Notes under the pieces: generated by a model | The model's database searches: none | Told to the model about the DNA's origin: nothing | Seen by the model: the letters and a program-made list of their open reading frames with translations, nothing else | In this document: positions 25,566 to 38,977 of the stretch, piece by piece | How positions within the stretch are numbered: the stretch's first letter is position 1 | How the letters are laid out: each line of letters begins with the position of its first letter | Program-made: the position numbers and the translations under genes | Source of the DNA: Octopus bimaculoides | Taxonomy: Eukaryota | Assembly: GCF_001194135.2 (NCBI RefSeq) | Contig: NC_068999.1 | Coordinates: 20,304,449-20,364,720 of the forward strand | DNA length: 60,272 nt | Direction: 5' to 3'

Positions 25566-26149
25566 NNNNNNNNNNNNNNNNNNNNNNNNNNNNNNNNNNN
25601 NNNNNNNNNNNNNNNNNNNNNNNNNNNNNNNNNNNNNNNNNNNNNNNNNNNNNNNNNNNNNNNNNNNNNNNNNNNNNNNNNNNNNNNNNNNNNNNNNNNN
25701 NNNNNNNNNNNNNNNNNNNNNNNNNNNNNNNNNNNNNNNNNNNNNNNNNNNNNNNNNNNNNNNNNNNNNNNNNNNNNNNNNNNNNNNNNNNNNNNNNNNN
25801 NNNNNNNNNNNNNNNNNNNNNNNNNNNNNNNNNNNNNNNNNNNNNNNNNNNNNNNNNNNNNNNNNNNNNNNNNNNNNNNNNNNNNNNNNNNNNNNNNNNN
25901 NNNNNNNNNNNNNNNNNNNNNNNNNNNNNNNNNNNNNNNNNNNNNNNNNNNNNNNNNNNNNNTATATATATATATATATATGTATGTATATATATATATA
26001 TGTATGTAGCCATGTATTATATATGTGTGTGCGTCTATATATATATGTATATATGAGGCGTAAAATACTGTTAATATTGGGAAATATCGTTAAGACTGCC
26101 TGAAGTGAATTCAGCATCACTTTATGAATATGCTATTCAAATAGAAAAT

Positions 26150-26690
26150 GTATACAATAAAATGCATGGTATTTCAGAAAGTATTTCCCGCAGCATAAAT
26201 TTACATTGGCGAAAGTATCTGTGTCCTGATGGAAATTCAACAATATATAATAACTAGTTGCAATCTAACAAATAATGATGTAATGTAGGTTGATATATTA
26301 GAGACAAAAATATTCCCCGTAGCGTCGGTTGACATTATCAAAATAGTCGCAATTATATGTTTTGAGTGTTGTATTATATATTTGATATAGAATGACTCTA
26401 TATTTTAGTTACCACAAATATACCTTCTAGCGTGGAATGACATTTCACAAGATTAATACTTTTTAGTTTACTTAATCTCTCTAAATTATTTTACTTAATT
26501 TTATTTCAGTTATATATGTGCAAGGAATTCAGTGAATTTTGTGTTATGCTATGAAGGGGAATTGAACATGCAAGTGTAACTAAGGATGATTTTATTTGTG
26601 CCTCAATAATTGTTTTGGCAAGAATGATAATGTTGAATGATATTTCCAGCTAATAGAAGCATATGCCAATAAATGATACAATATTTCTTA
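26150..26690 (-). pseudogene. Possible class A GPCR remnant (TM1-TM4)
   Basis: YCIIYWHMLLLAGNI / FNIIILAK...SSLVTLACS. The stretch acgctagaaggtatatttgtggta restores to TLERYIVV with compensating 1-nt indels, and is followed by KHIIATILIMS. Confidence 0.4.
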
Positions 26691-26700
26691 TTAGACATAA

Positions 26701-26756
<56 letters not shown>

Positions 26757-27618
26757 NNNNNNNNNNNNNNNNNNNNNNNNNNNNNNNNNNNNNNNNNNNN
26801 NNNNNNNNNNNNNNNNNNNNNNNNNNNNNNNNNNNNNNNNNNNNNNNNNNNNNNNNNNNNNNNNNNNNNNNNNNNNNNNNNNNNNNNNNNNNNNNNNNNN
26901 NNNNNNNNNNNNNNNNNNNNNNNNNNNNNNNNNNNNNNNNNNNNNNNNNNNNNNNNNNNNNNNNNNNNNNNNNNNNNNNNNNNNNNNNNNNNNNNNNNNN
27001 NNNNNNNNNNNNNNNNNNNNNNNNNNNNNNNNNNNNNNNNNNNNNNNNNNNNNNNNNNNNNNNNNNNNNNNNNNNNNNNNNNNNNNNNNNNNNNNNNNNN
27101 NNNNNNNNNNNNNNNNNNNNNNNCTTCCCAGATAAACAAATTAAATTTGTTGTGCGGCGGAATATCGTGGCGAACAGAAAACATGACAGTAAAACGAAAC
27201 AGTGAAAAAAACAAGAAGGGCTGGTAGGGCCAGACGTGAAAATATATATATGTATACTGAACGCTGTGATGAGACGAAATGGAAGGGAGAGAGAAGAAGT
27301 TCGTGCTGGTTTGGCAGGAGCCAAGATAAGAAAGGAGGCAGAAGCCGGACACACGTGACAAGCGAGGGGTAAGGAGAAAGAGTGGTAGAGAGAGAGAAAA
27401 TGGGAGGAAGTAGAATATAGGTGAGCAACGAGAGACATGGAGGAAGAGAGAGAGATACAGTAGTGAAGGGGAGAGGCGAAGAACAACAGAAGGAAGGACG
27501 AGAGGGGGAGAAAGATACAAAGATAGATAGAATCAGTCAGAAATATAAAGTTAAAACCTACTTGCAAAGACGACGCGTGCGTTCGATCATGAAATAATAC
27601 AAATAATACGTGTGTATA

Positions 27619-27705
<87 letters not shown>

Positions 27706-27949
27706 AGGAAATGGATGTAGTAACAAAGGGAAACTCGTGGGTTTCGCTGGTATGCCTTTAATTTAATTAGATAACAAAGAAGAAGGAATGGAAGATGAAG
27801 GTAGCATTTACGATCGTTTCAATTTACTTGCTTAAGTAAATCTCTTCAGAATGCGAAGATAGATAGATGCATCGGTTAGGATGTGAAAACAATTGATACG
27901 TATGTGGTGATAATAGAAGCAAAGGTAATAAGTCATATATATATATTCA

Positions 27950-28450
27950 CCTTCCGACTGCCGTTTTTTTATTGACCATGTACATACCTACATACACACA
28001 CATATATATTTTTATATATGTATCGGCCAACCATGTACAACATGTGATATGTATGAAAATGCAACATAGGATAATTTCAGTCATGACAGACTTTGGTGAC
28101 CCATATCAAAGTCAGCGCACTGTATATGGATTATGCCTTAAGGAAGTCCTAGGGACATTAATTCATGATACACCACAATTACTTAACAGACAGCATGAAG
28201 CGTTCTCTTCATGCAAACATAAGTTCTATCGTACCTTTACGTTCTCCAACAAGTGCAAATGTAAGCTACATCAGCACGCATGACAATTGCCCCTATATTC
28301 ACAGCCGTAAAATTATGCGTACGTATACCTTTCATCTATTTATAATTATTACCTCAGCATATGTATCTTCAAAGTTCGGTAGTTGCACTAATCATTTTAA
28401 TTGTTAATTCTTAATATTAAATTTTAACTTTTAATTTGGAACATCTATCC
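27950..28450 (-). pseudogene. Class A GPCR remnant (TM2-TM4)
   Basis: 28205-28186 reads gaa cgc ttc at- gct gtc tgt, which is ERF(I)AVC with a 1-nt deletion. Downstream KA*SIYSALTLIWVTKVCHD*NYP has a TM4-like W...P; upstream LVQLPNFEDTY is TM2-like. Confidence 0.55.
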
Positions 28451-29727
28451 TCTCCTTAATTTAGGCATCTCTTTCTAGCATTTTAACTCTCTTAAACGAT
28501 CACTGAACCAAAGGTAAATATTCTTTCTGACCACGCTGAACCTAGAATTCATCTGTCTATTTAATTACGCTTCAATAGCCATTAATGGCTTCCTCCTCCA
28601 CTTAACCCCTGACCTCTCGCCCCGAACCTACCCTGACAAAGAATACTACCAGCCTTTTACTTTTTATCTTTATTTTTATTTATATTTTACTTTCTCACTC
28701 AATCTTTTTTATTTCCATCATTTATCTTCTTTAACCTCCTTACATCTTTATCTTTGTCTTCATTTATACTATTCTCTCTTTCTTTTCTTTCCTTTCTTCA
28801 CTCAGTCACAGACCCCCCACCCACCATTTTTCTCTCTGGTCTATCTATCTATCATGATACCTGTCCATCTCACCTTATATACCCACGCGGACCGTCTTTC
28901 TTACACGGTAACTACATGTTCTATTCCTTCAACTTGAAGGCACCACTCGAACTACTGCCTAGATTTACACGGGATTATAATTAAGGGGTTATATCTTCAT
29001 GGAAGTATGGATTAACCTCCATACCCTCTGGAACAAAATGAACTGTGAACTTTATTCTTCTATCTTTAATCTTATATCTACTGTTTTATTCTTTTAAATA
29101 CTGTGAATTCTCTGTCCAGAACTTTCCTGCATACACAACTTGTCTGTGGCGACGGAATACCCAGTGTATGGAGATGTTGACCCATCAAATGGAATATTCT
29201 AGAAATAGCAGTAAGACACAAATTACTTCTACCTCTCCATTTATGTTTCACCTTCTAAATGAATCTTTTAAATGGCATGAGTTATTTGTCTTGCCTTGAT
29301 TATCGCTTGTGGCCGGGCGGCCCCGACACGTCACCCGCTTTGTGCTTGAGTGAGACGTGGGAAATGGAGGGGTACGGAGTCACAAGCGATATTGAATTTG
29401 AAGAGGACTACGGATAAGGATTTGGAAAGCCTCAATATTGTGAACTGATAAGAGGTTTGAAACCTCATTCTGTTTTCACACAAGGTACGAGGCGTAGTGC
29501 CTCATTCTTGTGTTTTAATGAACAATTATGAACACTTGTAAGAGGTGTATTGCCTCAGGTTTTATAAAAAGGAAAACAATGTCTTCCAGAGACAACAAAC
29601 GGTGTGCGTTGTCTGTTCCCCGATTAATCATCATTTTCACTTATCATCTCATGTAACATTATGTCTGTGTCCAGCCCGCAGCTTCTTTCTCTCTGTAAGG
29701 CTATTATAGCCAATTTAATGAAATAAA

Positions 29728-29840
29728 GAAGCTTGCTTCCCAACCACATGCTTCTGGGTTCAGTCCCACTGCGTGACACCTTGGGCAAGTGTCTTCTTCT
29801 ATAACCTCGGGCCGACCAAAGACTTGTGAAGGAATTTAGT
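29728..29840 (+). mobile_element. 5' part of a SINE (family of 10007), running into (TA)n and a gap
   Basis: gcttgcttcccaaccacatg..ctgggttcagtcccactgcgtgacaccttgggcaagtgtcttc...ctcgggccgaccaaag. Confidence 0.85.
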
Positions 29841-30589
29841 ATATATATATATATATATNNNNNNNNNNNNNNNNNNNNNNNNNNNNNNNNNNNNNNNNNN
29901 NNNNNNNNNNNNNNNNNNNNNNNNNNNNNNNNNNNNNNNNNNNNNNNNNNNNNNNNNNNNNNNNNNNNNNNNNNNNNNNNNNNNNNNNNNNNNNNNNNNN
30001 NNNNNNNNNNNNNNNNNNNNNNNNNNNNNNNNNNNNNNNNNNNNNNNNNNNNNNNNNNNNNNNNNNNNNNNNNNNNNNNNNNNNNNNNNNNNNNNNNNNN
30101 NNNNNNNNNNNNNNNNTATATATAAGGAGAGAGGATAAAAGCGTCAGAGAGAGATAGAGATAAATATACATATGATTATTCTCAAGCTCGACAATTTACA
30201 TAGCACCCTCCAAGTAAACTGTGACGCCAGCGCTTTTCCTTTGCACAACACGTTTATTCACCATTTCATTGTCTATACTACAATTACGCAATGGAAATTA
30301 GGACCTTTCAAGCTGATCGGGAAATTCGCCTTCAAGTAGGAAAGGTTCAAATAAAACAGGTTCAAGGCTCTTGATTACTACTACAGAACAATGGCACCCT
30401 ATATATATAAGTGTTGATAATTGTTTAAGTGTCGGTGTTAAACTATACTATGCATTAAATAAACATTCGGTTGCAAGTTTCGGTGCAATTACCGGAAAAT
30501 TAAAAAGGCTGGTGACCAAAACCAAAATGACGTGACTATAATACTCAAGATGATGACACTTATTACAATTTATAAACGTATTGTGTTTC

Positions 30590-30820
30590 TCTTTTAATTT
30601 TACTTGTTTGAGTCATTCGACTGAGGTCATGGTGGGATGCAGCATCTAAGTGTTCAGAAGTACGAATCGAATCCCAGTACGTTTTTTTTTTTGTCATTTT
30701 CGTATTTATTTTACGTATCTCTTTTTGCCAGGACGAAAACAAACCAACACCAGTTGTCAAGTTGTAGAGTTGAGGCAAACACAAAACCACTGCACACACT
30801 CACATACATACATACGCTCG

Positions 30821-30904
<84 letters not shown>

Positions 30905-31360
30905 NNNNNNNNNNNNNNNNNNNNNNNNNNNNNNNNNNNNNNNNNNNNNNNNNNNNNNNNNNNNNNNNNNNNNNNNNNNNNNNNNNNNNNNNNNNNNNNN
31001 NNNNNNNNNNNNNNNNNNNNNNNNNNNNNNNNNNNNNNNNNNNNNNNNNNNNNNNNNNNNNNNNNNNNNNNNNNNAGTATATAATTTGTTTCTTTATAAT
31101 AAAATACATTATTATATCAAGGGCTATTACTGTAAGTAACCCCTCACGCTATAAAGGGACTCTAAAGTGAAACTGCTTCAATAAATATACACCAATATAC
31201 ATATATATATATATATACGAGATTCTTAAAGTCCAACTCAACCAAATCTATCCAAAAACATTTTATCGGCCCAGAGATACGTGCTAGACGCGACGGAATG
31301 TGTGTAAAACTGAAACTATGCGGTAGGATAGCAAGCTTCTTACCAGCAGCCAAGCTTGCC
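30590..31360 (-). mobile_element. Older SINE with internal (CA)n and assembly gap
   Basis: Tail ttttacttgtttgagtcattcgactgaggtcatg at ~30600 and degenerate head at ~31260-31360. Confidence 0.55.
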
Positions 31361-31913
31361 TTTGAATATGTATAAATATTTTGATATGTTGTTATGAAAT
31401 AATTCCCATATATGTATGCAGTCTCTATGTTGAGATATTGCAATATTCTCAAATAGACGTTGTAATATGCAGATCGTGTACAAAAGAAAATAATATTTGT
31501 ACAATTTGAGAATGCAAAAATGAAACTATAATAATGCTAAATTAATTACTGTAAACTGTATAAAGAAGGACAAGGAAAATGTAATGACAAATTCATACAC
31601 ATGAAACGTAATAACTCGCGAAAAACAACAAATTATTGCAAATAACTCGATACTAAAATAACATCACCATTAAAATTTCGTAATAAAACAACTACAATGT
31701 GCTTTCAGTAACAAATATATATTATCGCAATGCATTATATGAATATAGATAAAAACATTCAAACATTCAACAGCCCACAAATATATGAATGTATACACTA
31801 TACACATAAATACACAAGAAGTCATGTATGTAATATAGAAACATATGCATTATAATCTGTGGATCCAAAAGATATTTAAAAAATAAAATAAAGCCGCTTA
31901 CTTTCATGGATAC

Positions 31914-31989
31914 ATGAAATCTTCCATATATTCTATGAAATCTTCCATATATTCTATGAAATCTTCCATATATTCTATGAAATCTTCCA
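31914..31989. repeat. Minisatellite, 21-bp unit atgaaatcttccatatattct x3.6
   Basis: Perfect copies directly visible. Confidence 0.95.
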
Positions 31990-32097
31990 ATCTATATAAC
32001 AGGTTTAGATACATCTACCTACTCCACGATAAAGAACATTCCAAAGTGGTGTATACATGGGTATATAAAGATGTATCCTAATTGTCGAGATATATAC

Positions 32098-32166
<69 letters not shown>

Positions 32167-32942
32167 TGTGTGTGCGTGCGTGCGTGTGTGTGTATATGTT
32201 TTGACCAATGAGTATATATCAGTTAGTGTGCTGATGTGTTTAGTAAAGCACTGACACAGTTTCGAACCTACTGTCATCCGTAGTCTGGGCAGATTTCAGT
32301 TGGATCTACTTCAGGAATTCCACAGTGTTAGTTGAGATAATAATTGATGATGTAAACAGAAGGTGGAATTGGTATAACTCTGTATGACGATAGTTTCCAC
32401 CCATCCTGCAACTGTCCTTTATGGGTAAGAGACGGTGCAACATATTGTCTTGAAAGAATTTTGCATTCTGAGTCACATCATGTACATTCATACATAAAGT
32501 GGTGCCCCATTAAAGATCTGGTGTTTGGGCGGTCATATTGTTAGTCGCCCGCTTCAATTAGGAAATGAGGCATTGCTACGATTGTCATTATTAAATATCC
32601 ATATCAAATAATATATATAAAGTATAGACAAGAAAGGAAAAAAAAAGAAAACATCTTTTTTAACAAGGTTAAGTAAATGAGAAAGTGACATAGATATCAT
32701 GAGACCGGTGAGAAAAAATTAGATTACATTAAGTTTAAAGCGAGAGAAGCGTTGCAGAATAAGGAAAGAAATAATATATATACAGGCGAAATTGTCTGGG
32801 AGAGCGATATAGATGACATGGGACCTGTTGGAGGAAGATATTAAAAGTTTGTCATCGCAGTTACTTTAAGGTTATGGCAGGTTTTATACAGGTGTCGTAT
32901 GAGAGACATTGTACCAATTCCATCTTTTGTTTATTTAATCAA

Positions 32943-34603
32943 CTAGCAGAAATGCCCGGCGTTGCCCGGGTTAAAAAGAATAATGAAATCTAAAAACGCC
33001 GTCTAGACTACGCATCATATTTATATATAGAGATGTATATACACACACGCACCCAAACACACGTATATATATGTATATCAATATAAATATATGAAAGTCA
33101 ATGAAGTTTCGTAAAAGAAGGTGATCATGTACATACTTTCTTGCTGTTGTGATTATAACACCTCATTGTAAACTATGTTCCTTGTTTTCCCTTGTGGAGC
33201 ATATACAAATAGGTTTTTTGTTGCTGCCCACTCTTGAGCAGCCAACATACAGTTGTCCATGTGAGAAGCAGGGCTCTTCAAAGAGAAGACCAGCTANNNN
33301 NNNNNNNNNNNNNNNNNNNNNNNNNNNNNNNNNNNNNNNNNNNNNNNNNNNNNNNNNNNNNNNNNNNNNNNNNNNNNNNNNNNNNNNNNNNNNNNNNNNN
33401 NNNNNNNNNNNNNNNNNNNNNNNNNNNNNNNNNNNNNNNNNNNNNNNNNNNNNNNNNNNNNNNNNNNNNNNNNNNNNNNNNNNNNNNNNNNNNNNNNNNN
33501 NNNNNNNNNNNNNNNNNNNNNNNNNNNNNNNNNNNNNNNNNNNNNNNNNNNNNNNNNNNNNNNNNNNNNNNNNNNNNNNNNNNNNNNNNNNNNNNNNNNN
33601 NNNNNNNNNNNNNNNNNNNNNNNNNNNNNNNNNNNNNNNNNNNNNNNNNNNNNNNNNNNNNNNNNNNNNNNNNNNNNNNNNNNNNNNNNNNNNNNNNNNN
33701 NNNNNNNNNNNNNNNNNNNNNNNNNNNNNNNNNNNNNNNNNNNNNNNNNNNNNNNNNNNNNNNNNNNNNNNNNNNNNNNNNNNNNNNNNNNNNNNNNNNN
33801 NNNNNNNNNNNNNNNNNNNNNNNNNNNNNNNNNNNNNNNNNNNNNNNNNNNNNNNNNNNNNNNNNNNNNNNNNNNNNNNNNNNNNNNNNNNNNNNNNNNN
33901 NNNNNNNNNNNNNNNNNNNNNNNNNNNNNNNNNNNNNNNNNNNNNNNNNNNNNNNNNNNNNNNNNNNNNNNNNNNNNNNNNNNNNNNNNNNNNNNNNNNN
34001 NNNNNNNNNNNNNNNNNNNNNNNNNNNNNNNNNNNNNNNNNNNNNNNNNNNNNNNNNNNNNNNNNNNNNNNNNNNNNNNNNNNNNNNNNNNNNNNNNNNN
34101 NNNNNNNNNNNNNNNNNNNNNNNNNNNNNNNNNNNNNNNNNNNNNNNNNNNNNNNNNNNNNNNNNNNNNNNNNNNNNNNNNNNNNNNNNNNNNNNNNNNN
34201 NNNNNNNNNNNNNNNNNNNNNNNNNNNNNNNNNNNNNNNNNNNNNNNNNNNNNNNNNNNNNNNNTCTCTCTTTCTCTCTCTGTGAAAGTATCTGTCACTA
34301 CAGTATCGAAATGTGAATGTTTCAGTTAGTGGAATAGTTTCATTTTTAAAGTGAAAGTATTTGACATGAGTGTTTTTGTTTCACTTTTGACACGTAATAC
34401 TTAAATAGTGGAGGAGATATTATGTTGCCGTGTGCTCGAACTCTGCGAGAAGTTAATAATTTTTTTTGACTAAAACACAACTGGAACCCTAAGTAAGGCA
34501 TGTGTAAAATTTGAATGAAATTGGTTGCGTAGTTCTCGAGTTTTAGGGATTCACACAGACATACAGACATACAGACACACATTCTCATTTTTATATATAT
34601 AGA
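32943..34603 (-). mobile_element. Helitron with both termini, interrupted by an assembly gap
   Basis: On the minus strand: 5' A|TCTATATATATAAAAATG; 3' hairpin CCCGG-GCAACG-CCGGG, then CTAG|T. This is an insertion between A and T with no TSD, and it contains the helicase C-terminus. Confidence 0.9.
33153..33296 (-). pseudogene. Helitron RepHel PIF1-like helicase C-terminus
   Basis: AGLLFEEPCFSHGQLYVGCSRVGS, then after a 1-nt frameshift NLFVYAPQGKTRNIVYNEVL*. This contains the HGQLYVA.SRV motif. The upstream part is hidden in the gap. Confidence 0.9.
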
Positions 34604-35062
34604 TTATCATATAAGCATAAGCACACACACACACACACATACTCAACTATATAATGCAGAGCAATTATGTATACCTATTACCAAAACACTTTGTAATTGT
34701 TGTCATCCGAAATTTTAATGGGGATATTATTTTAGTATCAATTTGCTTGCCATCATTTAGTGTTTTTGTTAAATTAGACTAATGGACTGGCATGTCTCGA
34801 CTTATTCTATTTTATACGTTTATGTGAATGAATACATTTACTTCTTCTTTCATTAGATACTTTAGCCTCATTAATTAATCATTATTATTATTACGCTCCT
34901 GTATTATAAAATTGCACAACTATTATTTTCTTTTGTGCATGTTCTACATATTACACCGTCTATTTAATTCTGAGAGGATCAAATATAGTATCTAGATAGA
35001 TAGAGACTGGCACAGGTACAAATAGATTATATCATAAAAAATATCAAAATGTACATACATAT

Positions 35063-35291
35063 TCAGACGCATGCTTGGCTCCAGGGTAAGAAGTTTGCTT
35101 CCCAAATACATGGTCTCAGTTTGATTCCCAATATGTCCAAAGTTGGACAAGAATCTTCGGGCCAACAAAAGCATTTTAGTCGGATTTGGTTATCAGAAAT
35201 TGTACGAAACCAGTGGAACGTGTGTGTGTATGTGTGTTTGTGAGTTTGTGAGTGTTTGTATGTGTTCGTGTGTTCGTATGTGTGTGTGTGC

Positions 35292-35372
<81 letters not shown>

Positions 35373-35482
35373 GCATCCGTGCCTGTGTGATAAGAATAAT
35401 GCTTTCCAAGCACATGGCTTTTCGGACCGAGCAAAGCTTTGTGAGTCAATTTAGTAGACGGAAACTGAAAGAAGCCCGTTGT
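35063..35482 (+). mobile_element. Two tandem deleted SINE 5' fragments separated by (TG)n
   Basis: ggtaagaagtttgcttcccaa...cgggccaacaaaagc and gctttccaagcacatgg...gagcaaagctttgtgagt...gtagacggaaactgaaagaagcccg. Confidence 0.7.
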
Positions 35483-35493
35483 ATATATATATG

Positions 35494-35524
<31 letters not shown>

Positions 35525-35909
35525 ATGTGTGTATGTGTGTGTGTGTGGTTAGTTAGTTAGTTAGATATATCTGTGTGAATATATGTGTATGTGTGTTTGT
35601 GTATGAGTGTGTAACGAGTCAGTCTATTTGCATCAGGTACTTAGATAATAAAATCACCAAAGCAAAGTCGGGCATAGCGCACCACCACACTAACACTCGC
35701 AATGTATACTCCCCCAATCTTAACCTTGTTGGTAGGTTACGACTGCATTTTGCGTTGCGTTCTACTTTGTGAAAAATTCCAAGTGATAACTTTTCGCATC
35801 TGAACAAACAGCTTTTCTTTTTACATGGCGTAACGATTTTATTCTTCAACATATAATACGTTTGAAAAAGCTGTAGTTGATGTTAAATCATCCATGTTAT
35901 TGCGTATAC

Positions 35910-35980
<71 letters not shown>

Positions 35981-36636
35981 CATGCATACANNNNNNNNNN
36001 NNNNNNNNNNNNNNNNNNNNNNNNNNNNNNNNNNNNNNNNNNNNNNNNNNNNNNNNNNNNNNNNNNNNNNNNNNNNNNNNNNNNNNNNNNNNNNNNNNNN
36101 NNNNNNNNNNNNNNNNNNNNNNNNNNNNNNNNNNNNNNNNNNNNNNNNNNNNNNNNNNNNNNNNNNNNNNNNNNNNNNNNNNNNNNNNNNNNNNNNNNNN
36201 NNNNNNNNNNNNNNNNNNNNNNNNNNNNNNNNNNNNNNNNNNNNNNNNNNNNNNNNNNNNNNNNNNNNNNNNNNNNNNNNNNNNNNNNNNNNNNNNNNNN
36301 NNNNNNNNNNNNNNNNNNNNNNNNNNNNNNNNNNNNNNNNNNNNNNNNNNNNNNNNNNNNNNNNNNNNNNNNNNNNNNNNNNNNNNNNNNNNNNNNNNNN
36401 NNNNNNNNNNNNNNNNNNNNNNNNNNNNNNNNNNNNNNNNNNNNNNNNNNNNNNNNNNNNNNNNNNNNNNNNNNNNNNNNNNNNNNNNNNNNNNNNNNNN
36501 NNNNNNNNNNNNNNNNNNNNNNNNNNNNNNNNNNNNNNNNNNNNNNNNNNNNNNNNNNNNNNNNNNNNNNNNNNNNNNNNNNNNNNTATGTATATATGTA
36601 TATATGTATTTATAATATATATATATATATATATAC

Positions 36637-36683
<47 letters not shown>

Positions 36684-36707
36684 TGTGTGCACATGTACAT
36701 ACATATA

Positions 36708-37969
36708 CAGAGTGTCGTGAATAAATTGTCGTTCAAGTTACGCAAAAAATGAAAATAACACTGAGATCTAATTCTAACAGATATATTTACGAAAATGGCA
36801 TAACAATATTTTGAAATACTATACAGAAAATATATTCAATAAAATCGCCATTTTATTGGCTTCAACTACAGTCTGCAGATGATTTCGGATACTTCTGAAA
36901 CTCTTCTGGATGGTCTTCTTCTTTAAGATGTTGAATACTGCCATAATCCTTGCCTTCAGTTCATCTTAGGTGTAACAAGGAGTTTTGTTGGTCTCTCGCT
37001 GAAATGTGCCTCACATGATAATCAAGTGGTTGCAATCTGGGAAGTTAGGTGACCAGTTGTGAGGGGTGATGTGGTCGCATAAATTGTTTGACAGCCATGA
37101 CAGGGTTCTGTTTGTGTAGCATGGTGCAGAGACGTGTTACCAGACATAGGATCATCCAGCATCCACGCACGTTAACCAAGATAGCACTACTTCCTCCGGG
37201 CATTTCTTGTGTTGAGTGTGAGGTCTTTGTGGGAAGAGGAATGGAATCATAACGTCGCCATCACTAGCGATTACTTTAAACACCAAGATGTTGACTGGCT
37301 GTTTGATGTTTACCATCCTTAGTAGATGTTTTGGGGACACAGTAAGCTAACGGTTGCTTTGGATGTTCATCATCTCATCCTGGCAGCGATTTTTCTCGCC
37401 TGAGAAAAACAAAAGCATGCTGGATTGGAGGGAATGCTTGAGGTTTGTGAAAGGCTTCGTAGCGTGGTCTTTCTTCTTGTCCTTGATGGCTTGGTATAAA
37501 AATTGGCCCTTTCTCATCTTGTATGAGTAGTACGGAATGTCTTCATGCACTACCTCACTGATAAGAAACTCAGACACTCCCATGTCCCTGGCGATAGACC
37601 TGATTGACTTCGAGGGATCGTTGTCAATCATGGCCTGGATCTCACCAACAAATTCAAGAGTTCTTTTCTCATCAAAACGATCAGAGTTCATTAAACTCAT
37701 CAAACTCTTTCCGAATATTTATGCACTATCCTCACTTTCACACCCAAAACTCTGAAATATTTGTATTGCAGCATCCGGCGCGAATGCCAAGCAATACAGC
37801 ATTTCGTTTCCAACTTTCTGAAAGAGCGAATTGCGTCATAGAGCGGTTTGTCTCAAAGACGGTGCCCAACTGACTCTATATTACTGTCTATTAGACAAAA
37901 TCAAAATAAAAAATGTGTATGTGCGAAGTTAAAACTATAAAATGGCGACAATCTAACCATTGTACCCTA
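36708..37969 (-). mobile_element. Full-length decayed Tc1/mariner-superfamily transposon (maT/DD37D-like)
   Basis: ~1.26 kb between TA dinucleotides, with degenerate TIRs (cagagtgtcgtgaataaattgtcg / tagggtacaatggttagattgtcg). HTH region DPSKSIRSIARDMGVSE; second-Asp region with CY (SAPCYT); WSPNFPDCN (WP..SPD.NP.D-like). Confidence 0.85.
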
Positions 37970-37988
37970 TATATGTGAGTATGTGTGC

Positions 37989-38084
<96 letters not shown>

Positions 38085-38229
38085 CTATATATATATAAGA
38101 GAGAGAGAGAGAAAGTGAGAGAGGGAAAGAGGGAGAGAGAGAGGCATTTATATTTGTGCATCCATCCGTCAAGTTTCAACATGTATCATATCAAACACGT
38201 GATGGCCTGGTCACGATGCTTTGAAAAAA

Positions 38230-38760
38230 AAGTGGCGATGAATCATACATGACAGATCCCCCTTCTCCAGGTCACCGATGTTAATCTATAGGAAAGCGCA
38301 TCGACTTAACCGGTGATTATTTTGACCAATGTATAGCAAGTGATGCAGTTAGAATGAAAAAGCCAGAATAATTATTGAAAGCTAAAGTGCATCAGTTCCA
38401 CAATCACACCATCTTTGATAATGCTCTAACATTTGAGTTGAGATTTCAAAGTTATCAATATATTTTACAAGTGACAACTGATTAATGATGAAAGGCAATT
38501 ATAATATGATCAGTCAGTATTCTAACGATTGTCCAAATGAACAAATTATTGTATGCATTTTAAATGTTCGAATGTAAATGTTACAGCTGAATAGCCTGCA
38601 TAAATGATGTGTTTATAGTGATCAAATGTATGTACTGTACAGTAGCTCAATCCCTCCATTAAATCGATGATGATGAACGCGCTCTCAGTCTTCCACAGAT
38701 CAAATGAGACGTATTCACAAAACAACGTGAGATAGTGTTTTTTAGAAATTTCGTGATCTT
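38230..38760 (-). pseudogene. Class A GPCR remnant (TM1 end to TM5)
   Basis: Broken frames in the correct order: FVNTSHLICGRLRARSSSSI* (ICL1/TM2 start), YSAVTFTFEHL (T.ER-like), then HYQRWCDCGTDAL*LSIIILAF / SNCITCYTLVKII (TM5-like W..D...N..I.Y). Confidence 0.5.
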
Positions 38761-38856
38761 GAGTACAAGATCCTAACCACTAGCTCATGCTCCTTCATGC
38801 TGAATGGGAAAACCGCTATAATATGGCACTTACTTATGGTTTTAGATTACTGAAGA

Positions 38857-38956
38857 ATGTAGGTATAAATATGATAGTTGATGTGTATATGTAGGTATAA
38901 ATATGATAGTTGATGTGTATATGTAAGTATAAATATGATAGTTGATGTGTGTATGT
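38857..38956. repeat. Minisatellite, 32-bp unit atgtaggtataaatatgatagttgatgtgtat x3
   Basis: Directly visible, 1-2 mismatches. Confidence 0.95.
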
Positions 38957-38977
38957 TTAAAGTATATCCAAATAATA

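Noticed and set aside
27124-27560. Purine-rich block with a PBS-like tggccctaccagcc on the minus strand
   Set aside because: Poor match to known primer-binding sites, no LTR pair or gag/pol, and it abuts a gap.
29320-29700. GC-richer block starting TGTGGCCGGG, possible solo LTR
   Set aside because: No clear CA end, TSD, PBS or second copy in the window.
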